A stretch of 64,000 nucleotides of DNA from Clostridia bacterium (GTDB lineage Bacteria; Bacillota; Clostridia; Christensenellales; Borkfalkiaceae). Location of the stretch: contig JAGAOR010000008.1 of assembly GCA_017623605.1 (NCBI GenBank), positions 46,661 through 110,660 on the forward strand, written 5' to 3'. The translations under genes were made by a program, and so were the position numbers. This document shows, piece by piece, positions 1 to 9,000 of the stretch. The notes below the pieces were generated by a model. It made no database searches and was not told the DNA's origin. It was given only the letters and a program-made list of their open reading frames with translations. Positions within the stretch are counted from its first letter, which is position 1. The number at the start of each line of letters is the position of its first letter.

Positions 1-155
1 AGAGCAACGTATGGCGCGTAGAAGATGCTTTGGAAAATCCGTATAAGGAAGAGGATGATACGGATTATTATAGAGATTTGTTATTGTATATAGCGGCGGC
101 AATGGTTGCGATTCTATTCGTCGAATGGTGGCTTCAAAGCCGCGAAAATATGTGA
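1..155 (+). CDS. 3' end of a gene for a membrane-anchored protein (5' part lies outside the window)
   Basis: Frame 3 is open from the window edge to TGA at 153-155. The translated tail ...DTDYYRDLLLYIAAAMVAILFVEWWLQSRENM ends in a hydrophobic helix. The next gene starts 14 nt downstream. Confidence 0.45.
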   Translation, partial: SNVWRVEDALENPYKEEDDTDYYRDLLLYIAAAMVAILFVEWWLQSRENM

Positions 156-168
156 GGAGGGATAGGAT

Positions 169-2994
169 ATGCAGAATTTTGAAATACATTTTTCTTATCC
201 CTGGTTACTTCTTTTGCTCGTTGCAGCTGTCGTTTTGACGCTGATACCCTATTTCCGATTGGCAAAAAGATACAGAAGAACGAGAAACCGTATTACGTCT
301 ATCGTTTTACACTTAATCGTAATGGTGCTTGCAATTACGACGCTTGCCGGATTGACTTTCCATTATCAAATTCCGAACGAGCAAAACGAGTTAATATTGC
401 TCGTGGACGTTTCGGAAACGGAAGAAAGATCAAAAGAGCAGAGAGAAGAACTTATTCAAATTCTTTTAAATGATTGTGAGAAAAGCGACGTTAAAGTGGG
501 TATCGTAACGTTTGGATTTGACCAAGAGTACGCATTACCTTTAACGTATGAGCTTGAAGATGCGTACGATACTTATTTGGAGGCAAACTTACCTGATACG
601 AGCGCTACCAATATTGCGGCGGCGTTGGAATACGCTAAAGGATTGTTTGAAAATCCCGAAACGGCAAAAATCGTTTTGATTACGGACGGAAAAGAGACGG
701 ATGAAGAAGCAACGAGCGTGATCGGTGGGATTTCTGCGCAAGGAACGAAAGTGGACGTTGCGTACGTTGGTTCTTCCTACGAGGGCAACGACGTTCAGCT
801 TATTGGGGTGGAATTGCCCGATTACCACGTGAACGTAAACGAGGAATGTCTTATTAAAATTTCCGTTCAAAGCGACGTTTCCACCACGGCAACGATCGAG
901 CTTTACGATAACGACGAAGTGAACGCAGAGACAGGTGCTCAAACGGTGAATATCAACGCAGGAACACAGACGATCACCTTTAAACACACGTTTACAAGCG
1001 AGGGGATTCACGAACTCAAATTTAAAATTTCTTTAGACGGAGATTTGTTGCAGGAAAATAACGTTTACAGCTCTTATTTGTATTTAGAGGTGTTTAATGA
1101 TATTCTCGTTCTGGAAAGAAGAGCGGGCGAATCTGTTGGAATTGAAACCGTTTTAAATTTAAATAACGATTTGCCTTATCATTTAGACGTGAAAGCTGTT
1201 ACGGACGACGAAGTCCCGATGACGATTGATCAGCTTCGTTTATACGATCAAGTCATTTTAAACAACATTGCAAATAAGGATTTGCCTGACGGGTTTGATA
1301 TACTTTTGCAAGAGTACGTATCCGTGTATGGAGGCGGCTTGTTCACCGTTGGCGGCAACGACGATTTAGGTGCGGCAAATGCCTATAATCGTCAAGATAT
1401 GTATAATACGTTGTATCAGGAAATGTTGCCGGTACAAGCAATCAATTATACTCCGCCTGTTGGCGTCATGGTGATTATTGACAGATCGGGTTCTATGGGC
1501 GGCTCGGATAATTACGGGCAGAGTAAATTGGATTGGGCGAAAGCGGGTGCAGTTGCGTGTTTGAATGCGCTTTCCGAACGTGATTATATTGGTGTAATGA
1601 CGTTGGACAACGAACAGAGCACAGTTCTCGAAATGACGCCCCGTACGCAAGGCACGAAAATTCGTGAAGCAATCAATTCTATTGAAGATACGTCGGGCGG
1701 CACGGTATTTCCCGAAGCGATTCAGGGTGCAGGTATCGCGCTTCGAGCTTTGGGAGATAAAGTGGCTCGTAAGCATATCATTTTAGTTACCGACGGTGAA
1801 GTTGGGGACGATCAAGCGGAGGCTTACGAGGGGTATATTCAAGCGTTTTACGAAACGGACGGAATCACGCTCTCGGTCGTTGGCGTTGATATGGTGAAGG
1901 GCAGTACTGCTTATGAAAAAATGCAACACGCGGCGGTTGATCTCGGACATGGTAGGGTGTACGCAGTAAAAGCGAGCGAATTGCTTGATACGATGCGCGA
2001 CGATTTGAATGCACCTGAAATCGAGGAGGTTAACTACGAAGAGTTTAAGCCGATTGTTAACGATCTTTCTTCATCGCTCGTTCAAGGACTCGAACGAGGC
2101 GAAGAGTGGGAAAGAAATCGCTTGAACGTAACGCTGGACGGATTTTACGGAGTAAAGGTAAAAGCGGACGCGGAGCTTATTTTAACAGGCGATTATCAAG
2201 TGCCGTTATACGCGCAATGGAAGTACGGTCAAGGTATGGTCGGAAGTTTTATGTGCGATTTGGGCGGTGTATGGTCCTCGGAATTTATCAATAACGAAAC
2301 AGGGCAAGGATTTATTCGCAACGTTGTGAATAATTTAATGCCGACTAAAAACATTCGACCGAGTGAAATTGGTTACGTGTTAAAAGAAGACAATTATATC
2401 AATAAATTGAGTATTTATACCCAGCTTGAAGCGGGCGAAACGATAAAAGGCGAACTTATTGAAATCGTAGACGGGCAAGAAGTGCCGATGTCGTTAAATA
2501 CCGTTACCGCTGGGGAAGCAGCCGAGTTAAGGACGTCGCCTGCGTATGTAACGTTAGCTTTGACAGAAGGGAATAATTATAGCCGTTGCGATTTCGTCGT
2601 AAGAGAAAGCGGAACGTATAAAATTGTTCTTAAAAAGTATGATAAAGACGGCAACGTCGTTATGAGAAACGGTGAAGAAGTAAAAGTGGAGTTTTTCAAA
2701 TCGTTTGCATATTCAGAGGAATACGATACGTTTGAAAGTGGAACGGCAGAAATCATAGACGGGTTGAAAAAAATTGCAGACAAAGGAAACGGCGCAATGA
2801 TAGAGGATCTTAAAGATCCGCACGAAGCGTTGGAAGGATTTGTTTTGGCAATAGACAAAACCTTTGATCCGAGATTTTTATTTATGATTCTCGTCATCAT
2901 TCTTTTCTTGGCGGATATTGCCGTTCGTAAGTTTAAGTTTAAATGGCCGCACGAGTTGATTCGCGACTATAAAAACAAAAAGAAATCTAAATAA
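169..2994 (+). CDS. Membrane protein with two von Willebrand factor A (VWA) domains, Bat-like
   Basis: 941 aa. N-terminal TM (PWLLLLLVAAVVLTLIPYF) and C-terminal TM (FLFMILVIILFLADIAV). Two MIDAS-type motifs, LLVDVSETE and VIIDRSGSMGG. GAGGAGG lies upstream of the ATG. Confidence 0.8.
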   Translation: MQNFEIHFSYPWLLLLLVAAVVLTLIPYFRLAKRYRRTRNRITSIVLHLIVMVLAITTLAGLTFHYQIPNEQNELILLVDVSETEERSKEQREELIQILLNDCEKSDVKVGIVTFGFDQEYALPLTYELEDAYDTYLEANLPDTSATNIAAALEYAKGLFENPETAKIVLITDGKETDEEATSVIGGISAQGTKVDVAYVGSSYEGNDVQLIGVELPDYHVNVNEECLIKISVQSDVSTTATIELYDNDEVNAETGAQTVNINAGTQTITFKHTFTSEGIHELKFKISLDGDLLQENNVYSSYLYLEVFNDILVLERRAGESVGIETVLNLNNDLPYHLDVKAVTDDEVPMTIDQLRLYDQVILNNIANKDLPDGFDILLQEYVSVYGGGLFTVGGNDDLGAANAYNRQDMYNTLYQEMLPVQAINYTPPVGVMVIIDRSGSMGGSDNYGQSKLDWAKAGAVACLNALSERDYIGVMTLDNEQSTVLEMTPRTQGTKIREAINSIEDTSGGTVFPEAIQGAGIALRALGDKVARKHIILVTDGEVGDDQAEAYEGYIQAFYETDGITLSVVGVDMVKGSTAYEKMQHAAVDLGHGRVYAVKASELLDTMRDDLNAPEIEEVNYEEFKPIVNDLSSSLVQGLERGEEWERNRLNVTLDGFYGVKVKADAELILTGDYQVPLYAQWKYGQGMVGSFMCDLGGVWSSEFINNETGQGFIRNVVNNLMPTKNIRPSEIGYVLKEDNYINKLSIYTQLEAGETIKGELIEIVDGQEVPMSLNTVTAGEAAELRTSPAYVTLALTEGNNYSRCDFVVRESGTYKIVLKKYDKDGNVVMRNGEEVKVEFFKSFAYSEEYDTFESGTAEIIDGLKKIADKGNGAMIEDLKDPHEALEGFVLAIDKTFDPRFLFMILVIILFLADIAVRKFKFKWPHELIRDYKNKKKSK

Positions 2995-3056
2995 GTAGTT
3001 CTGTAATATATTGCAGTCTAAAGAAAGTATTTAGCTAAAATCCCAAGGAGGATAGT

Positions 3057-5885
3057 ATGAAAAAGCTAAAAATTCTCGCTACGCTTGGTTTATCGGCGTG
3101 TGTTTTTGCGGCGGTGGGGTGTTTTTCTGCTTGTAATAAAAACGGATTGAATACTCCAACGGAGCTTATCGTGGACGAGGACGATTATTTGCTGACGTGG
3201 TCGGAGGTAGAAGACGCGCGCAGTTACGTTTTGGAGATCGTTAACACGGAGACGAGCGAAGTAAAAAATATTACGTCCAATAGAGAATATAGCTCGTTAA
3301 AAGGTTTAGAAACAGGCGATTATGAAATCCGCATCAAGGCAATCGGTCGAGAAAAAGGCGCGGAATCTGATTGGTCTGAAAAGTTAGAATTTAATAGACC
3401 ATATGAGACGGGTTGCGTTTATACGCTTATTAACAACGTTGAATACGAAGTAACGCGAGCGGGTACGGCAAGCGGTGATATTGTGATAGAGGACTATTAT
3501 AAAGGGAAACCTGTTACGAGTATTGCAAAATCCGCTTTCAAGGGAAGCCGCGTAACGGGAGTCGTGATCGGCAACAACGTTAAGACGATTGGAGAGAACG
3601 CCTTTCATAACAGCAGAATGCTTACTTCTATAACCATTCCCGATTCGGTTACGAGTATTGGAAAATCTGCGTTTCAAAATTGTATTTCTTTAACGTCGAT
3701 TGATATTCCTGATTCCGTAACGACAATCGAGGAAAAAACTTTCATAAATTGTAGTTCGTTAAAAACGATTGATTTTGGAAAAGTTTCGACGATTGGAGAT
3801 TCTGCTTTTTCTAGTTGCACGTCGCTTACGTCGCTGGTTCTTCCTGAAACGGTAACGACCGTTGGACCGTATGCGTTTGCCGGAAATGAATTGCTTGCCT
3901 CTGTGAAGCTTGGAAGCAAGGTGCGGACGATAGGACTTTTTGCGTTTAATATGTGTACCGCATTAAAAGAGTTGGAGTTTGCGAAAAACAGTTCTTTGAC
4001 GTCGATAGGGCAACTTGCATTCCAAAAAGCGCCGTTGACTTCTATCGTTTTACCCGAAGGAGTGGTTCACGTTGGCGCACAAGCCTTTTATCAATGCGAA
4101 AAATTGGCTACGATTTCACTTCCCAAAAGCTTGATGCAGTTGGGCGCGTACGCTTTTGCGGAAACTCCGTTGTATAAAGCTCAAATCGAAGATAAAAAGC
4201 AGTTGATTACGATTGACGGGTGGATTGTTAATATTCACGACGACGTAAGAAATAGCGTTGCGGCAATTTCCTCAACAGATCTTAATTTAGACGGGGAACT
4301 CGTTATAAAATTAAATAACGACGTGGTAGGAATCGCTGATCAGGCTTTGTTGCAGTGCGCGAATTTAAAGCAGGTAATTTTACCCGCGTCGGTACGTGCC
4401 ATTGGAGAATATGCTTTTTATGCGAATACGTCCCTTTGGAAAGTACAAACGGCGAAAGTAAAATATATAGGCGAATACGCTTTTCAATATTGCGGCGTAC
4501 TTTCTTCTTTGATTTTAGGAGAAGGCTTGGAAACGATTGATTCATATGCTTTCCAGGATTGTGTTTCTCTGAATAATAACGCATTGGGTAGCTCAATTAT
4601 TCCCGATTCGGTGAAAAAAATCGGTGCTTACGCTTTTTATAATACCAAACTTTGGGCAAATCCCGATGAGCACGGAATCGTATATGCCGGTAATTGGGTG
4701 GTAGGTACGGTTGGAGTATCCGGTTCAGTAACTCTTAAAGACGGTACGGTGGGGATTGGCGATTATGCTTTTGTCGATTGTAGCGGTTTAGAGATGGTAT
4801 CGGGGTTAGGCAAGGTAAGTAAGATCGGTCGTGGGGCATTTAGCGGTTGTTCCGGGCTGAAAACGGTTACGATTAGCCAAAATTTGACGTATATTGACGA
4901 ATATACTTTTTATAATTGCGCCTCTTTGTTTAGTTTTGAGTTTACGGGAAGAAGCAAATTGGCTTCGATTGGAAGATCGGCGTTTTACGGTTGCGAATAT
5001 TTGAATACTATTGATTTAAGCCGAACGTCGGTGCAAGTAATTGATAATTATGCTTTCTATAATTGTTATAACGTTAAAGAGGTTGACTTTGGCGACAATT
5101 TGGTAAGTATTGGTGATTACGCTTTTTATAAATGCTCTTCTTTAGAAACGTTGGATTGTCCGGAAAGTTTGTTGGCGATCGGCAATCGCGCGTTCTATAA
5201 AAACACGAATTTAAAAACGTTGCATTTAAACGATAATCTTCTTTTAATCGGGGAACACGCGTTTAGCGGGTGCGGGGCGTTGGAAGCTATTTCGATTCCT
5301 TCTTCCGTCAAGTTGATTAGCAATTACGCTTTCTATAAGTGCATAGGCGTACAAGAAGTGGCGTTGGCTGACGGAATTGAGTATATAGGAAATTACGCTT
5401 TCTACGGTTTAGACTCGGTGAGCAGTTTGCACGTACCCGTTACGGTAAAGAGTGTGGGCAATTACGCGTTTAAAGGCTGGAATGGATTGACGTCTTTGAC
5501 GTTGAGTAAAGAAATAGATTACGTTGGTTCTCATTCCTTCTACGGTTGTAAACAGGCGACTATATATACGGACGCTACGTCGGAGGTTAATTGGAGTAAC
5601 CGTTGGAATTCTTCTTTCAGACCTGTCGTTTGGGGATGTACGCTTTCTTCGGATAACGCATACGTCGTTTCTTTGGAGGTAACCGAAAATACGTTCTCTA
5701 ATCAAATGGCAAACGACGGATTATTTACTGCGCCCGAAAGAGAGGGGTATACCTTTCTTGGTTGGGCGACGGTAGAAAACGGGGAAGTCGTATATTCAGC
5801 GGAAAAAGTCGTGGACGCATCTGCGGGAACGATCTTGTACGCAGTATGGGAAGAAATTCAACAAGCGCCTGAAAACGATGCGTGA
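3057..5885 (+). CDS. Surface lipoprotein with an Fn3-like module, a BspA-type leucine-rich repeat array and a C-terminal Listeria-Bacteroides repeat
   Basis: 942 aa. Signal peptide MKKLKILATLGLSACVFAAVGCFSAC carries Cys lipobox-like motifs. There are more than 20 iterations of the ~23-aa repeat IP.SVT.IG..AF..C.SLTS. The C-terminus reads GYTFLGWAT...LYAVW. AGGAGG precedes the ATG. Confidence 0.8.
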   Translation: MKKLKILATLGLSACVFAAVGCFSACNKNGLNTPTELIVDEDDYLLTWSEVEDARSYVLEIVNTETSEVKNITSNREYSSLKGLETGDYEIRIKAIGREKGAESDWSEKLEFNRPYETGCVYTLINNVEYEVTRAGTASGDIVIEDYYKGKPVTSIAKSAFKGSRVTGVVIGNNVKTIGENAFHNSRMLTSITIPDSVTSIGKSAFQNCISLTSIDIPDSVTTIEEKTFINCSSLKTIDFGKVSTIGDSAFSSCTSLTSLVLPETVTTVGPYAFAGNELLASVKLGSKVRTIGLFAFNMCTALKELEFAKNSSLTSIGQLAFQKAPLTSIVLPEGVVHVGAQAFYQCEKLATISLPKSLMQLGAYAFAETPLYKAQIEDKKQLITIDGWIVNIHDDVRNSVAAISSTDLNLDGELVIKLNNDVVGIADQALLQCANLKQVILPASVRAIGEYAFYANTSLWKVQTAKVKYIGEYAFQYCGVLSSLILGEGLETIDSYAFQDCVSLNNNALGSSIIPDSVKKIGAYAFYNTKLWANPDEHGIVYAGNWVVGTVGVSGSVTLKDGTVGIGDYAFVDCSGLEMVSGLGKVSKIGRGAFSGCSGLKTVTISQNLTYIDEYTFYNCASLFSFEFTGRSKLASIGRSAFYGCEYLNTIDLSRTSVQVIDNYAFYNCYNVKEVDFGDNLVSIGDYAFYKCSSLETLDCPESLLAIGNRAFYKNTNLKTLHLNDNLLLIGEHAFSGCGALEAISIPSSVKLISNYAFYKCIGVQEVALADGIEYIGNYAFYGLDSVSSLHVPVTVKSVGNYAFKGWNGLTSLTLSKEIDYVGSHSFYGCKQATIYTDATSEVNWSNRWNSSFRPVVWGCTLSSDNAYVVSLEVTENTFSNQMANDGLFTAPEREGYTFLGWATVENGEVVYSAEKVVDASAGTILYAVWEEIQQAPENDA

Positions 5886-5982
5886 GATTTTCGTGGCATT
5901 GTGTAAGTATGGAAATTTTCGAGTGTGAAAGGTGCGAAAGTTATAACTTTTTTAAATATATTGTCAATGTTAAAAAATATAT

Positions 5983-6012
5983 TTGACAAAGCAAAGAAAA
6001 AAGTAGTACAAT
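5983..6012 (+). promoter_or_regulatory. Sigma-A-type promoter upstream of the 1685-aa lipoprotein gene
   Basis: TTGACA (5983-5988), 18-nt spacer, TACAAT (6007-6012), about 40 nt upstream of the ATG at 6051. Confidence 0.5.
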
Positions 6013-6050
6013 ATTAAGATGGCAAGACCTTGTTCAAAGGAGGGTAAAGA

Positions 6051-9000
6051 ATGAAAAGAAAATTCAAGAAATGTATGCTTGCGGTAGGGCTGACGGTAGT
6101 TAGCTCGACGTTTGCGTTTTTGTTTTCTTGTAAGGAGAATGCACCGACCGTTAAATATACGTTTAATACGAACGGAGGAAATGCAATTCAAGAGGCGGTT
6201 GTTGATGAGGGGCAGACGTATACGTTACCTATTCCCGTCCGTGAAGGATATAGATTTGACGGTTGGTATCTTACCGAAACGTTTGACGGCGAGGCAATAA
6301 CGACCGCGGACGGTATGACGAGCCAGACGTATTATGCGAAGTGGACGCAGGCTTTTGCGCTTACGTTGGACGCAAACGGGGGTACCGTGTCCGCGCCGAA
6401 ATTATATTTGGCAGCGGGTGAAAACGTTTATTCGGCGGTGAGCGCGTATATTCCCGAAAAGGCGGGGCTTACCTTTGGGGCGTGGTTTAATGGCAATACG
6501 GCTATTTCTGAAAATTATAAAATGCCGAGTGAAGCTGTAACGCTCACGGCGCAATATAAAGTCGTTTATACCGTAGAAATTTACCTGCAAGATTTGAACG
6601 ACGAAACGCTGTACGTAAAAGAGCAAAATGTAATTACAGAAAGCGATTACGTTGGAAAAACGATTGAGTCCGAGCAAACGAAAGACGGTTGCACGGAGAT
6701 TTCACACGCGAATTCAGTTACGGAGAAACAACTTTCGGAAACGGCAAGTGAAAACGTATTTAGACATTATTTTAACAGAAATACATATACCGTTACTTTC
6801 CGTCCGAATTATCCGAACGGAGCAAGCGCTTCGAATACGCCCGTAACGTTAAAATACGGTGAGAGCGTCCGCGTTCCCAACGATCTTGAAGCAGAGGGAT
6901 ATTGTCTTGTCGGTTGGGCAGAGACACCGAACGGTGAATCCAAATACGACGCGTATTACGTGGATACCGTACTTCAAAACGGTGACGATACTGCTGATAG
7001 AGAACCCGAACAAGTATTCCCCAACGTGAATATGTCTTTGTACGCCGTTTGGGCAAAAGGCTATACGGATATGTTCGGTGGCGACGATTATATCTTCCGT
7101 TTTGCGGAAGAGGAGGATACCGTTTATCTTTCAAGAGGGAACGTATTCTTTAAGGGCGGCTACGATTCGGAATATAATGAATTTTGGTTTGACGTTGCAA
7201 GCGATTACACGTTGGAGGGAAAGCTCTATTCGAACGATATGTTTGCGTATAATAGCGTAGATCGGTCGGAGGCAGTAGCAACCCTTTACGATATTAACGT
7301 CGATTTAAATGATTCGTGGGTAGATAACGTAACGATTGAATTTGACGCACAAAACGGGATTCAGTATATCGTTAGAAACGAAACGACGGGATTAACCGAC
7401 GATATAACCGACGGTACTTGTATGGCAAATGAAAACGGTGAATACGTCGCCGATTTCTCGCAAGCAACGGAAGGTTCGATGGCGGGCAAGAAGATTACCT
7501 TTAAAATGGTCTCGGTGAGCGGCAAAAGTGCGTTTATGATCTTGAACGAAGAGGAACGCGCGCTCGGTACGCTGAATCGTTTTGATTTTGACGTTGAGGA
7601 CGGAAAGGTTATTGAATATACGAACGGTCTTTATTCCATTACTCTCGACGGCTATGGAATTGCAAGCTATAACACGGGTAATGCGTCAGAACCGTATTAC
7701 TACGTATTAGAAGACGGCGTCGTTTCTTTAATTTCGCCATACGGTGGACTTTTTGGTCGGGGGCGTCTGGTAAAAGAGGGCAAAACGACGGGATACGTTC
7801 GTTATGACGAAACGTTGGAGGTGGATCTTTCTTTCGAAACGGGAGACAAGCTTGTGCTGGACGGTGGTTATAACGCCGTATATACCGTTGGCGGCACTCC
7901 CTTGGAGGGGTATTTCACTTCGGAAGAATCCGTTTTTGGTTCTTGGATTATAACGTTCTACGGGGAGAAAACGAACTATATATTTGAAGTAATGCAGGAA
8001 GTTGGAAATGACGACTCGGTTACGTATACCACAACGTTGTTGCTTGACGGATACGGAGAATACCTGTATATTTCTGACGGACTTGTATATTTTGGAGTAG
8101 TTCTCGTTCTCGACGAGGAAGAAGCAGGGGTGGCGTCGCTTTACGGTTATAACGAATCGACGGGCGAATACGTTCTCGTTTCGACGGGCGAATATACGCA
8201 AGCTCCTAACGATACGGGATATTTTGTTTACGTTGCGGAGGATACCTATCCTTGCGACGGACTTGCAACCGATCCCATTGACCTTTCGGTTATTAAATCG
8301 TTCGTGTTTGCGGTGGATGACAAGGCGACGTCGTATAAGATTCTTTATTGGAAGAATTCCACGGACAATGAAGATCACGAAACCGTTTACGTCGTCGAAT
8401 ACGAATATAAAGTGGAAAACGAAGTGAAAGCGACGTTAACTCTCGTCGGCGGCTTTGCGTTCTATACGATGGAAGACGGCGTTCCCGTTGCGGGCGCATA
8501 TTCTCCTGACAAAAAAACAGGCGCAACGCTTATTCTCACGGAAACGAGTAATTATTACGTTTTGTTAGATGAGGAGAATAAGACGTTCAAACCTTTGCAA
8601 TATAATCCGTATAACGCGTATTTGATTGAGGAAGATTTGGAGGCGAATAGCAATATTTATCTTTCGTTCGACGGGTTAGGCGGCGCTACGTATTGCGCTG
8701 TAACGTTGGATAGCGACGGAAAAATCGTTGGCGAAGAAAAAATTGTCGGAACGATCGTTGATGAGGGCAAGAAAACCGACGACGAAGTGCCTATTTTGAC
8801 TTTCAAATCCAACGCAGGAGAAACGGAACTTACTTTTGATTATATTAGGCTTTCGGCTGGTTCGACGGCGTACTTTGCAAAATATAATGAGAATTACGTT
8901 GGAGATTATATTTCCTCTGACGGTAGTGGTATCTTGCAGTTTGACGGGTTCGGTTTTGCAGCGACATTCAACGCGGCTGACGGAAAAACGTATACGGGCA

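Noticed and set aside
3500-5500. Periodic repeats in the LRR-coding regions (also 15400-18200) as possible CRISPR or tandem DNA repeats
   Set aside because: The periodicity is at the protein level (about 23-aa LRR units) with divergent DNA. It lies inside intact ORFs and has no conserved direct repeats with unique spacers.
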